The notes beneath the pieces are model-generated. The model worked only from the letters and a program-made list of their open reading frames with translations. It was not told the DNA's origin and did not search any database. A DNA stretch of 64,000 bases from Camelus ferus (lineage: Eukaryota), in assembly GCF_009834535.1 (NCBI RefSeq), contig NC_045697.1:38132001-38196000 (forward strand). Reading direction: 5' to 3'. The position numbers and the translations under genes were made by a program. Within the stretch, counting starts at the first letter, position 1. Every line of letters starts with the position of its first letter. This document shows, piece after piece, positions 1 to 9,292 of this stretch.

Positions 1-107
1 TATATATGTTCATGTATAATTGAAAAATTGTGCTCTACATTGGAACTTGACACAACATTGTAAAATGATTATAAATCAATAAAAAATGTTAAAAAAGAAA
101 AAAAAAG
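1..107 (+). mobile_element. Young L1 3' end with poly(A) tail, followed by a MIR fragment (about 107-230)
   Basis: ...gacacaacattgtaaaatgattataaatcaataaaaaa plus an A-rich tail. Then agatgaggaaactga...attaagtaatttg, the MIR core. Confidence 0.8.
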
Positions 108-549
108 ATGAGGAAACTGAAGGAAAGAAGGATTAAGTAATTTGTCTCAGGAAATACATACTTAGCAGAAGCTGACTACAAACCAGGTCTGGCTGAATCC
201 AAATCCTGATGGATTTTTTTACCCTAATTATACCACTTTCAGTCATGTCTTGCCTTGAGTTCTCACAGATTTGTACTATTATTTAATCTAAGCTCTAATA
301 ATATTAATAGTATTTAACTACATTTTCTGTACTCAGCCTTAGAAGTCACTTACTGGAGTCATGTAGTCCGTGGTAGAGAGTTGATTGATTGGAATCCTCT
401 TACATGGGACTGCTATTCAAGGTGGACAAACAATCTTAAACACTTCTCAATTATATATTTCTCACCTTAGCACAGATGTATATCCCAAAGTTATTGTTGT
501 CTGGTGGATATCACTCTGAGCTGATTTTGTTTTCAGGAAGGGATAAAGC

Positions 550-698
550 TGTGCTTCTCAAATATTCATGCAAAACAACTGGTGATCTTCTAAATGAGAT
601 TCTGATTCAGTCAGCTGGGAACAGGCCCAAGAGTCTGCATTTCTAGCAAGCTCCCTGGTGCTACAGATACTGCTGGTCCATGGATAACACTGAATAGC
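550..698. mobile_element. MER5A-like hAT-Charlie MITE
   Basis: gattctgattcag...ggcccaagagtctgcatttctagcaagctccctggtg...gctggtccatgga matches the recalled MER5A consensus. Confidence 0.7.
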
Positions 699-3600
699 CA
701 GTGGAGTTAGCACTGCATTTTAGAAATAAACGGAGGATACCTCGTATTTGACAGAACTAGGTAGCTCAAACAAACGTTTTAGGTCTAAGCTCTTTAACAA
801 GTCTGAATATTTCCAAAACAGGGATACGACTGTTCTCATGAAAAAAATCTAAAAGGCCATAGGCCCATTCCTTACAACTTGGATGCAGTACACATCTGCC
901 GTTACTAAGAGTGAACTTTGAAAAATTGAAAAAAAAAAAGAGCAATGGAGGGAGAGAGCAGTATTTGATCTAAGAGAACCAGAGTTAACTATGATGCAAG
1001 GAAAAATACAAAGGATTCCACTTGCTGCTTGTACTTCTGATTTCTCCATTCGTCATACCACTGTTAGTTTCTGTTTGACAGGGCACGGCTGTTTAAAGAA
1101 CATAATTTCATATTCTTTTTCCTCCTGGCCATCTCCTACCTCCACACTACCTTGACAAGACCGTTAAGAGTTTGCCTCCTTCCATGTCCCCAAGCTTGCA
1201 TGGGCCACACCAAAATTGTCATCATGTCTAACTAGACCCAGGTACTTATATAATCAAAAGGGGTACCTTGTGGCTTTTACACAAAACATGCAAACACAGT
1301 ATCAGGGTAAAAAGGGTAGAGATGCCAAAAAATTTTAATGTTTATCTATACTTTATAGAAAACCACTTATATCCTATGACCAAATCCAAAGGAAAAAATG
1401 TCCCCCTTTCTCTATTTGTTATTTATAAAGTTGATGTGATTTTTTTCCTCTCATTATATCCTAGATGTGGGCTCTCTACCATCAAATAGGAGATGCTTTC
1501 CTAAATACTGTCAGAGACAACACCACTATCTTCTACATCACAAAGCTGCACTGCTTCTGATCAGTCAGGTTCAAGATATTTATACTTCATACTATGTAGT
1601 GAAATGCAATCTTTAGTCTTATACTGTACAATTTAACTGATACAAATAATATGGATAGAGAACGTGTGCTTCTGTAAATACACTATGTGTAAGAGAAAGA
1701 AAAACAGACGATTATTCTAAAAGTGCCAATTTCCTTTTCTCATTGCTAGTACTCAACTAGCGTAGGATTTGGAAGTGAGAAATTGTCACTGCTGACTGAA
1801 TTTTAAGAATTATTCCATGAGCAGGGGCCTGAGTAGGAGAAGACACTTCTTAATTAAGTCTTGGACACTTGATCACTTAATTGTCACAGGACACATCAAG
1901 TGACGGTTTGTTGCAGATATCCAAATATGCCCCTCTTTTAGGAAATTTTCTTCTTTATTTTAATGTTCTCTGAATAGTAAACCGTTTCCAGCCACAGATT
2001 CGGTGGCTTTATCTTATTGCTAGTACATAGTCTGCTAACTCATTTTTGCCAAAGATCTGTACTTATTGGCACTATTTTATTTTCCTCTGGCTTTGTGGTA
2101 TGTGCTTTATTGTTTTTCGATGCATCTTTTTGCATCTTGCATAATCATTAATCTTGGTAGATTATCTCCCAGCTTTGCTTATACATGTCATGCGTACCCC
2201 CCAGTGCTATCTTTAGGGGCTCAGGACTAAGGCAGATCACCAGGGCAGATCAAAGGAGGGTAAATTCACCCTCTTTCCTCCTCATCACATTTTTAGAGAG
2301 ATAAAATTAATTTTATAGTATCAAGAGCAGGTCTGAAGGGGAAAGAAGGCACAAAGGAGTAGTCTAGAGGGTCTCTGTGTAGGGTAAGAGGTATCTCCTC
2401 CCTTTGCTTGAGAAATACTGGGGATATTTATGAGACGATTGGTAGGCCGGCCGACATGCTCTTTCAGAAAGCCCAAGACTTGCCTTTTTTAGATATTAGC
2501 TCTGGCTTTTCATAGTTTCTGCTCAATCACCAGCAGCCTGAAAGTCTCCCCCACCACCCAAAAAACCAGTTATCATCCACTGATACAAAAATTACTGCAG
2601 GCATATAGCATGTAACATGCACAGAAAGTACATTTGCTTTACAGAAAAAGCCACTTTTAAAATTAGAGTTATGTTTCCTTAATAAGGTAGATAATTATTA
2701 CCATCATAATTTTACCAACAACAGATTTAAAATCGAAACAGATTAACATTACTTTGCATGTCATGTTGCATTACTGCTGGGTATGTGATGGAGAAGGTTT
2801 AGGTCTCCTAGCTTCTGAATGCTTAGATTTCAAAGCCAAATTACCTTGCCTTTCAAGCAGGGAAGGTCCCCCACCCCCACCTCCAAAGCCTTAAGCAAAG
2901 GGGCAAATCAAAACAATGAGAGGACAGCAACAAAAACAAGTACATTAGGGAAGAAATATCTTCAGTTTCCCCACATCTAATTGAGGGATGGTCTAAGTGC
3001 TCTGCCAGGTCCCTGCAGTTATGGTTTCAAATCCTTAACTTCTGAACAGTCAGCCCACTGTTATCTCACTGACAGCAGAGCCGAAGGAAGCTAAGAGAAC
3101 CTGTTGCGAAGCTAGAAAATTCATGGTCCTAGCAGGGCAGTGACTGGCCCTAGAGGGGCCCCTGGCTCAGGGCTGGGAGGCGAAGGATGGTCCCCTGGAG
3201 ATACCTGGAAAGGTAACCTTAAGAGAACTGGGAAGTGATCTCTCCACTGGAACACATTGTATCTGCTCTATCCTGAATCCCAGGCTTCAGAAACCCCTCT
3301 CCGTCCTTGATTTTGCTTTTCCCACATCTCTCCTCTAAGCCAGGTTCAGGAAGTCCCTACTGCTATCAAACTGCATCTGCCTTTAGTGGTTTTAGCTGTA
3401 GCAATGACTGAAAGCCCGGCTTGTACACTTGCTTCCCGAGCTCTGTATGATGAGAAAGTCTCTCTACTCGTTTTCCTGATGTAATGTCTGAAAACCTATG
3501 AGGCACAGAGCCTACACTTTCGCCATCAATACTGGAAAGCTACAGCGGGGCCTGTTACTGCTCAGGATTATCTGAACAGAACCGGAGCTCACTCACCAAG

Positions 3601-4060
3601 GAAGCTGAGCACTTTCCAAACTCACCTGGCATCAGCAGGTGAGGTATCAACCTCACTCTAGTTTTGCTTCACCATCCAGTAATTGCAATCAAAGGAAAAA
3701 CATCTTAATTTTCACTGTTTTAATTCCCGTTACCAATGGGCTACGAGAGCTGGACATCTCTAGTTGAGGGAGCTCTACAAGTTTCCACCACCTGAAGGCT
3801 GCCCAGCCTGGGGATTTCGGCCAGGCCCAGGTCCTTGCTCAAGCCGGGCTACTGGGACCTGAGCCGCTGGCTGCCCTGGGGTGGCGAACGGCGCCGCTGG
3901 TTAAGAGAGAGAACCTGGAGGGCCCCGCAGCTCCAGGGGGTGGCAAATCCCAGGAGCCAAGAGAAGAGATGAGAAAGGGAGGGCGGCGATCGCAGCAGGG
4001 AGAAGCGGCGCGGGACGCGACCGCGGCGCGGGTGCCCCGGGAGTCGCGAGGTGGGCTTAC

Positions 4061-4145
4061 CTCGGCAGCGGCCCACGCAACAGGCGAGCAGTAAGAGTAG
4101 CAGGAGCGGGGACGCAGCGGCCACCTGCCTTGCTGCTCTCGGCAT
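4061..4145 (-). CDS. NMU: Neuromedin U precursor, coding part of exon 1 (signal peptide MPRAARQVAAASPLLLLLLLACCVGRCR|G)
   Basis: ATG at 4145 in a good Kozak context (GCCAACATGC). The translation matches the recalled NMU N-terminus (QVAAASPLLLLLLL.A.C.G.CRG). It ends at a strong phase-1 donor GAG|GTAAGC (GT at 4060-4059) and lies in a CpG island. Confidence 0.93.
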
Positions 4146-4268
4146 GTTGGCTCCTGCTGGCGGCTGGGGGCCCGGGACCCTGAGCTACACCGACCCGCGC
4201 TCCACGCTATGCTGTGGCCGAGCCTCTGCGTCCCTGGCGCGCTGCTCGCCCGGCTCGGCGGCCAGACT
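4146..4268 (-). other. NMU: NMU 5' UTR (exon 1), predicted TSS about 4268
   Basis: Inr-like TCAGTCT (minus strand, 4270-4264) lies about 30 nt downstream of the TATA-like box. There is no upstream ATG between it and the start codon. Confidence 0.65.
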
Positions 4269-4444
4269 GACCGCCCTGCGCGCTGCCAACTTTTAAATCT
4301 CGCGGACACGTGGGCTGAGGCGGCGAGGTCCCCACGCGCGTCACCTCGCCGCCCCCGGCCTCCCTCGCGTCACTCCCTACCCGCTTCCAGCCCCCGCCCC
4401 ATCCCGCAGCGGGACCCGCGCCCCACGCAGAAGTTTCTGACTCA
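4264..4444 (-). promoter_or_regulatory. NMU: NMU core/proximal promoter: Inr, TATA-like box, E-box, two half-CREs, GC box, AP-1
   Basis: ATTTAAAA on minus at 4298-4291; CACGTG 4307-4312; CGTCA 4339-4343 and 4368-4372; CCCCCGCCCC 4391-4400; TGACTCA 4438-4444. Confidence 0.7.
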
Positions 4445-5527
4445 GGGTACCACGCCTTTTCGGTCTCCCCGCCCTAGGGGCTCTGAGAGAGAGGGGAATG
4501 GAATTAAAACAATGCAAGTCCATTCTCTTCTTTGAAAGGATTTGGAGCTGGATGGGGATGGCAAACCAGGCGGCCTCAAGAGGCTGGGATCCCGGTTTTC
4601 AAACTTGGTGGTTGCGACAGTCTGCCTCTGATGCCCCTTCTTCACCCTCCCGGTGAAGCCTTCTCTACCCCAACCGACTGTGCGGTGCCTCCTGTCCCAC
4701 AGCTCCCGTAGCCACCTCTGTCCACGCACTTCTGTTCTGTTCCCTCTCCAATCCCCCAGCCCCTAGCACAACGCCCGGGGCGTGTTAGAGCGAAACTGGT
4801 TCAGAGGTGATGGTGTTCCCCAAATTCATGCCAGGTCTGAGGCCTTTCCAGGAATGCAGCTGTCTGTTAAAGAAGGTCAGGAAGAAAGGACGGCTGGGGC
4901 TTGACCGCACACGTTTCTAACAGTTCTAGAAGGTCTCTGGCTGCCCTGTGGATTTCCAAGTCAACTCCTTTTTCTATGCATTTCTCCTGCTGTCACTCCC
5001 TAGCTGATGCATTCTGATTTCCAGAGTAACCTGTTTATCCCTCCCCAAACCTTCCTTCCTAAGTGGAAACATCCACCACCCCAACCCCCCCACCCCCGCC
5101 CCAGGCAGCCTCTTCCAGGACACTGGCTGATACCGGTTTAATTTCCTTCTCCAGAAAGAAATTAGATGAAACTTATCTGACCCCCTTTTGAAAGGAATGC
5201 TGAGGAAAGGATAGGAAGGAAACACATTTACATTTCTTAAGGGACATCTTTCTGTCAGGCACTCTCCCATGCGATCTCATGTAATATTCATGGTGTCTCT
5301 GGGATGTAAGAGTATTATGATTCTCATTTGACGATGCTTAGAGATAATAGGCAATCTGCCCAAAGATATCATCATGTGAGGGAACCACTGGCCATTCTAC
5401 TCTGTGAAGGTGTTTCTTCTCTAAATTAGGGGCTTTAATGTACGAAACATGAACTATGCAATCCACTGCAGTCAAGGCTTGTCCTCAAAGATACAACATT
5501 TAGTAATCTTCCTAAAGGAAATGACAA

Positions 5528-5961
5528 TTTTTTTGAAGTATAGTTGATTTATAATGTTGTGTTAGTTTCTAGTGTACAGTAGAGTGATTCAGTTATACAC
5601 ATATGTATTCTTTTTCATTATAGGTTATTACAAGGTATTGAATATAGTTTTCTGTGTTATACAGTAGGATCTTGTTGTTCACCTGTTTTACGTATAGTAG
5701 TTTGTATCTGCTAATCCCACTCCTAATTTATCCTTCCCCCCTCTTTCCCCTTTGGTAACCATAAGTTTGTTTTCTATGTCTGTGAGTCTCTGTTTTGTAA
5801 ATAAGTTCATTTGTATCATTTTCTAGATTCCACATATAAGTGATATCATATGATATTTGTCTTTCTCTGACTTACTTCACTTAGTATGATAATCTCTAGG
5901 TCCATCCATGTTGTTGCAAATGGCATTATTTCACTCTTTTTATGGCTGAGTAGTATTCCAT

Positions 5962-6009
<48 letters not shown>

Positions 6010-6239
6010 ACATCTTCTTTATCCATTCATCTGTTAATGGATATTTAGAATACTTCCATGTCTTGGCTTTTGTAAATAGTGCTGCTATGAACACTGGGGT
6101 GCATGTATCTTTTCCAATTAGTGTTTTCTCCGAATGCATGCCCAGGAATAGTATTGCTAGATCACAAACCTCTTTTTAGTTTTTTAAGGAATCTCCATAC
6201 TGCTTTCCATAGTAGCACCAAATGTTGCACCAAATTACA
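5528..6239 (-). mobile_element. 5'-truncated L1 (3' UTR plus ORF2 end) containing a (TA)n(CA)n microsatellite
   Basis: The minus-strand ORF gives KDTCTPVFIAALFT..WK..KYP.TDEWIKKMW..FATTWMDLE, the L1 ORF2 C-terminal/3' region. Poly(T) at the left end; TSD-like AAAGGAAAT(G/T)ACA on both sides. Confidence 0.9.
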
Positions 6240-6252
6240 AAAGGAAATTACA

Positions 6253-6382
6253 GGGGAGAGTAAAGCTCAGCAGCAGAGTACATGCCTAGCATGCATGCGG
6301 TCCAGGGTTCAATCCCCAGTATCTCCATTAAATGAACAAACCTAATTATCTCCTCTCCACCACCACCAGAAAAAAAAAAAAA
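6253..6382 (+). mobile_element. tRNA-derived SINE (camelid-type)
   Basis: A-box-like AGCTCAGCAG, B-box GGTTCAATCC, A tail; TSD AGGAAATTACA at 6242-6252 and 6384-6394. Confidence 0.88.
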
Positions 6383-6889
6383 GAGGAAATTACAATTTGG
6401 TAAAGGACCCCAAACCCAGACTCAAATAGCTGTATGACAAGGCCTAATGGGATAGTGCTCTATCAGAAATACAGAGAGGCAAGAAAATAACCCTGATAGG
6501 CAAAGTGAAAAAATAATGGCTATCACTTTTAAGTTCTTTATATCCATGAAGCATGTGTGCAAGGCCAGATTATAGAGTCTGGTCCAGGTTCAAGGATGGA
6601 TGAGAACAGATTTGATTCAAGAATTCTTGTACTTCGATTTATTCCCAAAGAAGTAAAAGAGTAATAATACAAAGGATGTAAATGACATAAGGATGTGGGC
6701 AGGTGGAGGGGGGTCTGGCTTCCCATTGCCTTCCTTGTGTCTCCTGGAGGCACACTGAAAGATCACTAGTCTCAGCTGCCTATGTCGGGTGAGACATCAG
6801 TGAAAACAGAGAAGCCTGGAAATAGTGGGCTTGATGCTTTTTATACCCCCAGCAGGTCAAGAAAAGAAATGACTCATGTACTACAAGTT

Positions 6890-7360
6890 TTTTCCTGCAT
6901 AAACCAGGCTGCTCTGGATGTTCTTGTACATGGCCCTTGGTACAAATGTGCGAGAGCTTTCTGAGTTATACCCCTAGCAGTGGAGTTATTAGGTCATAGG
7001 GGATAATCTAGTTAAACCCTAAATTGTTTTCCAATGTGTTGTTCCAATTTACACTCCACCAGCAGTGCGTGAAGTTTCCGTTGTTGTACATCCTTGCAAA
7101 AATCTTTGCCTGTCTGGTGGATGTGGCATCTCATTGTGGATTTAATTTGCAATGTCCACTGCTAATGGGGCTGAATATCTTTTCGCAAATGTATTGGCAT
7201 TATTGTTTTATCTTCAGTTCATTTGTTTCTTTTGCTCATTTTTCCCCATTAGGTTGTTAGTTTTCTTCTTACCCATTATAGAAATGCTTTATGCATCTGG
7301 AGCTTTTGTTGGTTAAATGTGTAGCCATTATTTCCTCCCTATTCATGGCTTTTCCTTTAC
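6890..7360 (-). mobile_element. Old L1M fragment
   Basis: ccaatttacactccaccagcagtg...ctcattgtggatttaatttgca, typical antisense L1 ORF2 3' part. Confidence 0.7.
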
Positions 7361-7984
7361 TTACTGTATATGAGTCATTATTTTTGAAGAACTGGTTAAG
7401 AAAAACTTGCAGATAAGAGAAGATGAATTGGGGAATGAGGGAAAACAGACACTAGGAGCAAAGGTTGGGGAATCCCACAAATGACTAAATGGAAGGAAGC
7501 TAATTCCAAAGGTCTTCTTTTGTTCAAATATTCCATTTAGAAGTTCACATTCATTTGAATTGAGATTATACATCAGTATATACCCCCAGGTGTAGTGCAG
7601 CATCTAAAGCATTTCCACTTACTCTGTTCAAGACTGAAAGTTTGATTCTGGGTACCATGATGATTCTTCTCACCTATTCATCTCTTGGAAATTGGCAACT
7701 GGACATTGCTTTCTGCTTACAACCTGTAAAAATGAAGTCTCAGTTAGAACATAGACCTGCAAATCAGTGAGACATGTTAGCTTACAATAGAAAAGTCATC
7801 ACAGAGAGCATTAGGAAGGGGAGGATGGTTGAATGTCAGGAGTATGGGAGAGTCAACAATAGACAGAAATTCAGTCAGGCAGTAGTTGGCAATAGCAAAG
7901 TCCAGTAACATGTAAAGAGATCCAGCTTTAGGAGCTGAGACTAGGGGCAAGAGCTGGAAGATTTAGGGGTTAGGCAAGATAGAC

Positions 7985-8320
7985 ATGCATTCCTTCAAAT
8001 ATGAATTGAGCACCTTCTAGGCTCCCTTCTAGAAGCTGGGCATGTAGCAGTGATCAAGTCGTTAGAGTCTCTGCCTTCATGGAACTGACAGATTTTCAAG
8101 GAGAGGCAGATAGTAAGCAAGTTAACAAAAGATTTTCAGATAGTAGTAAATGCTACAAGGAAATTAAAACAGGGTAATGAAATAATAGAAGGTGGCTGGG
8201 AGTTGGGGAGAAGATACTTGACACAGGATTATTATGGGTTGCCTCTCTGAGGGAGATGATACAAGAGGCCTGAAAGATGAGAAGAAACCAGTCATGGAAA
8301 GCCTGTGAAAAAAGAGCCCC
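7985..8320 (-). mobile_element. L2 fragment
   Basis: cattccttcaaatatgaattgagcacc...ctctgccttcatggaactgaca...tctctgagggagatga, L2 3'-end pattern. Confidence 0.6.
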
Positions 8321-8630
8321 AGGGATGAAACTTGAAAACATTACTCTTACTGAAAGAAGCCAGAAACAAAAGGCTACATATTGTATGATTCCATTTATAC
8401 ATAATACCCAGAAGAGGCAACTCCATAGAGACAGAAAATAGATTAGTGGTTTCCAGGGGCTGTGGAAAGAGAACGGTGACTGTTAATAAGTATGGGGGTT
8501 CCTTTTGAATGATGAAATCATTCTCGAATTAGAGAGTGGTAATGTGAATATACTAAAAACCACTGAATTCTACGTTTTTAAAGGATGAATTTTATGGCAT
8601 ATCAATTATATCACAATTTTTTTTAAAGAA
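8320..8630 (+). mobile_element. L1MB-like 3' UTR fragment
   Basis: gaaagaagccaga...tattgtatgattccatttata...atagagacagaaaatagattagtggtttccagggg. Confidence 0.8.
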
Positions 8631-8904
8631 AGAAATCTTCCTTTTTAAAAGATACAATAATAATGACCTGTTGCAAAGGATGGTGGCAGTCTATGCAATT
8701 TAGCATAAGAAAAATATGTCTATTTTTGGCATGAAGTATCCAAATATTGTCATTTAATTCCTGGATGTTCTTGGTAACTATGAAAAATCCTCCTCTCAAA
8801 CTTTGTGAAGGTATTCACCTAAGACACGTCTGTATCAATCACCATGCTATAGTGATTAGCTGTAATTTTTCAGGACAGAAAATACTTCCTAAAACCAAGA
8901 TGAA

Positions 8905-9097
8905 GATGCATACTACTATAAATAAAATAAGCAACAAGGATCTACTGCACAGCACAGGGAACTATATTCAATATCTTATAATAACTTATAATGGAAAAGT
9001 ATCTGAAAAAGAATAGATATGTATGTATGTATGTATAACTGAATCACTTTGTTGTATACCTGAATCACTGTAAATGAACTGTACTCCAATAAAAAAA
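8905..9097 (+). mobile_element. Short L1 3' end
   Basis: caacaaggatctactgcacagcacagggaactatattcaatatctt...aataaaaaaa; same family as 12381-12922. Confidence 0.85.
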
Positions 9098-9153
9098 GAG
9101 AAGTTTGAAAAAAAAAAAAAAAGAGAAGTTTGGTAATGCTTTAAAAAAATCCA

Positions 9154-9292
9154 TCATGTATGACTGAAAAATTGTGCTGTACACCAGAAACTGACACAAC
9201 ATTGTAAACTGACTATAACTCAATTAAAAATAATAATAATAATATCCTTACTGTCTTGGGCATCCCAGTCCTTAAGACAAAAAAAAAAAAAA
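9154..9292 (+). mobile_element. Very short young L1 3' end with extra 3' sequence and a second A tail
   Basis: catgtatgactgaaaaattgtgctgtacaccagaaactgacacaacattgtaaactgactataactcaattaaaaa; TSD AAAAAAATCCA at 9143-9153 and 9286-9296. Confidence 0.85.

Larger units (their letters stand above)
1..4060 (-). other. NMU: NMU intron 1 (partial, continues past the window start)
   Basis: Begins GTAAGC at 4060. I found no sequence resembling the expected exon 2 peptide (APILPQGLQPEQ-like) in 1-4060. Confidence 0.75.
3817..4790. promoter_or_regulatory. CpG island over the NMU promoter and exon 1
   Basis: The only strongly GC- and CpG-rich segment of the window; many CGCG/GCGC/CCGG motifs. Confidence 0.9.

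Noticed and set aside
3849..4060. Continuation of the 98-aa ORF beyond ..GRCRG (KPTSRLPG...)
   Set aside because: Read-through into intron 1 past the GTAAGC donor; similarity to NMU stops exactly there.
3839..4729. Overlapping 81-156 aa ORFs on both strands in the CpG island
   Set aside because: Stop codons are scarce in GC-rich DNA; the products are low-complexity R/P/S/A with no recognisable homology.
6253..6325. tRNA-like sequences (also at 16898, 27926, 37203)
   Set aside because: A-rich tails, TSDs and degenerate stems identify them as SINEs, not tRNA genes.
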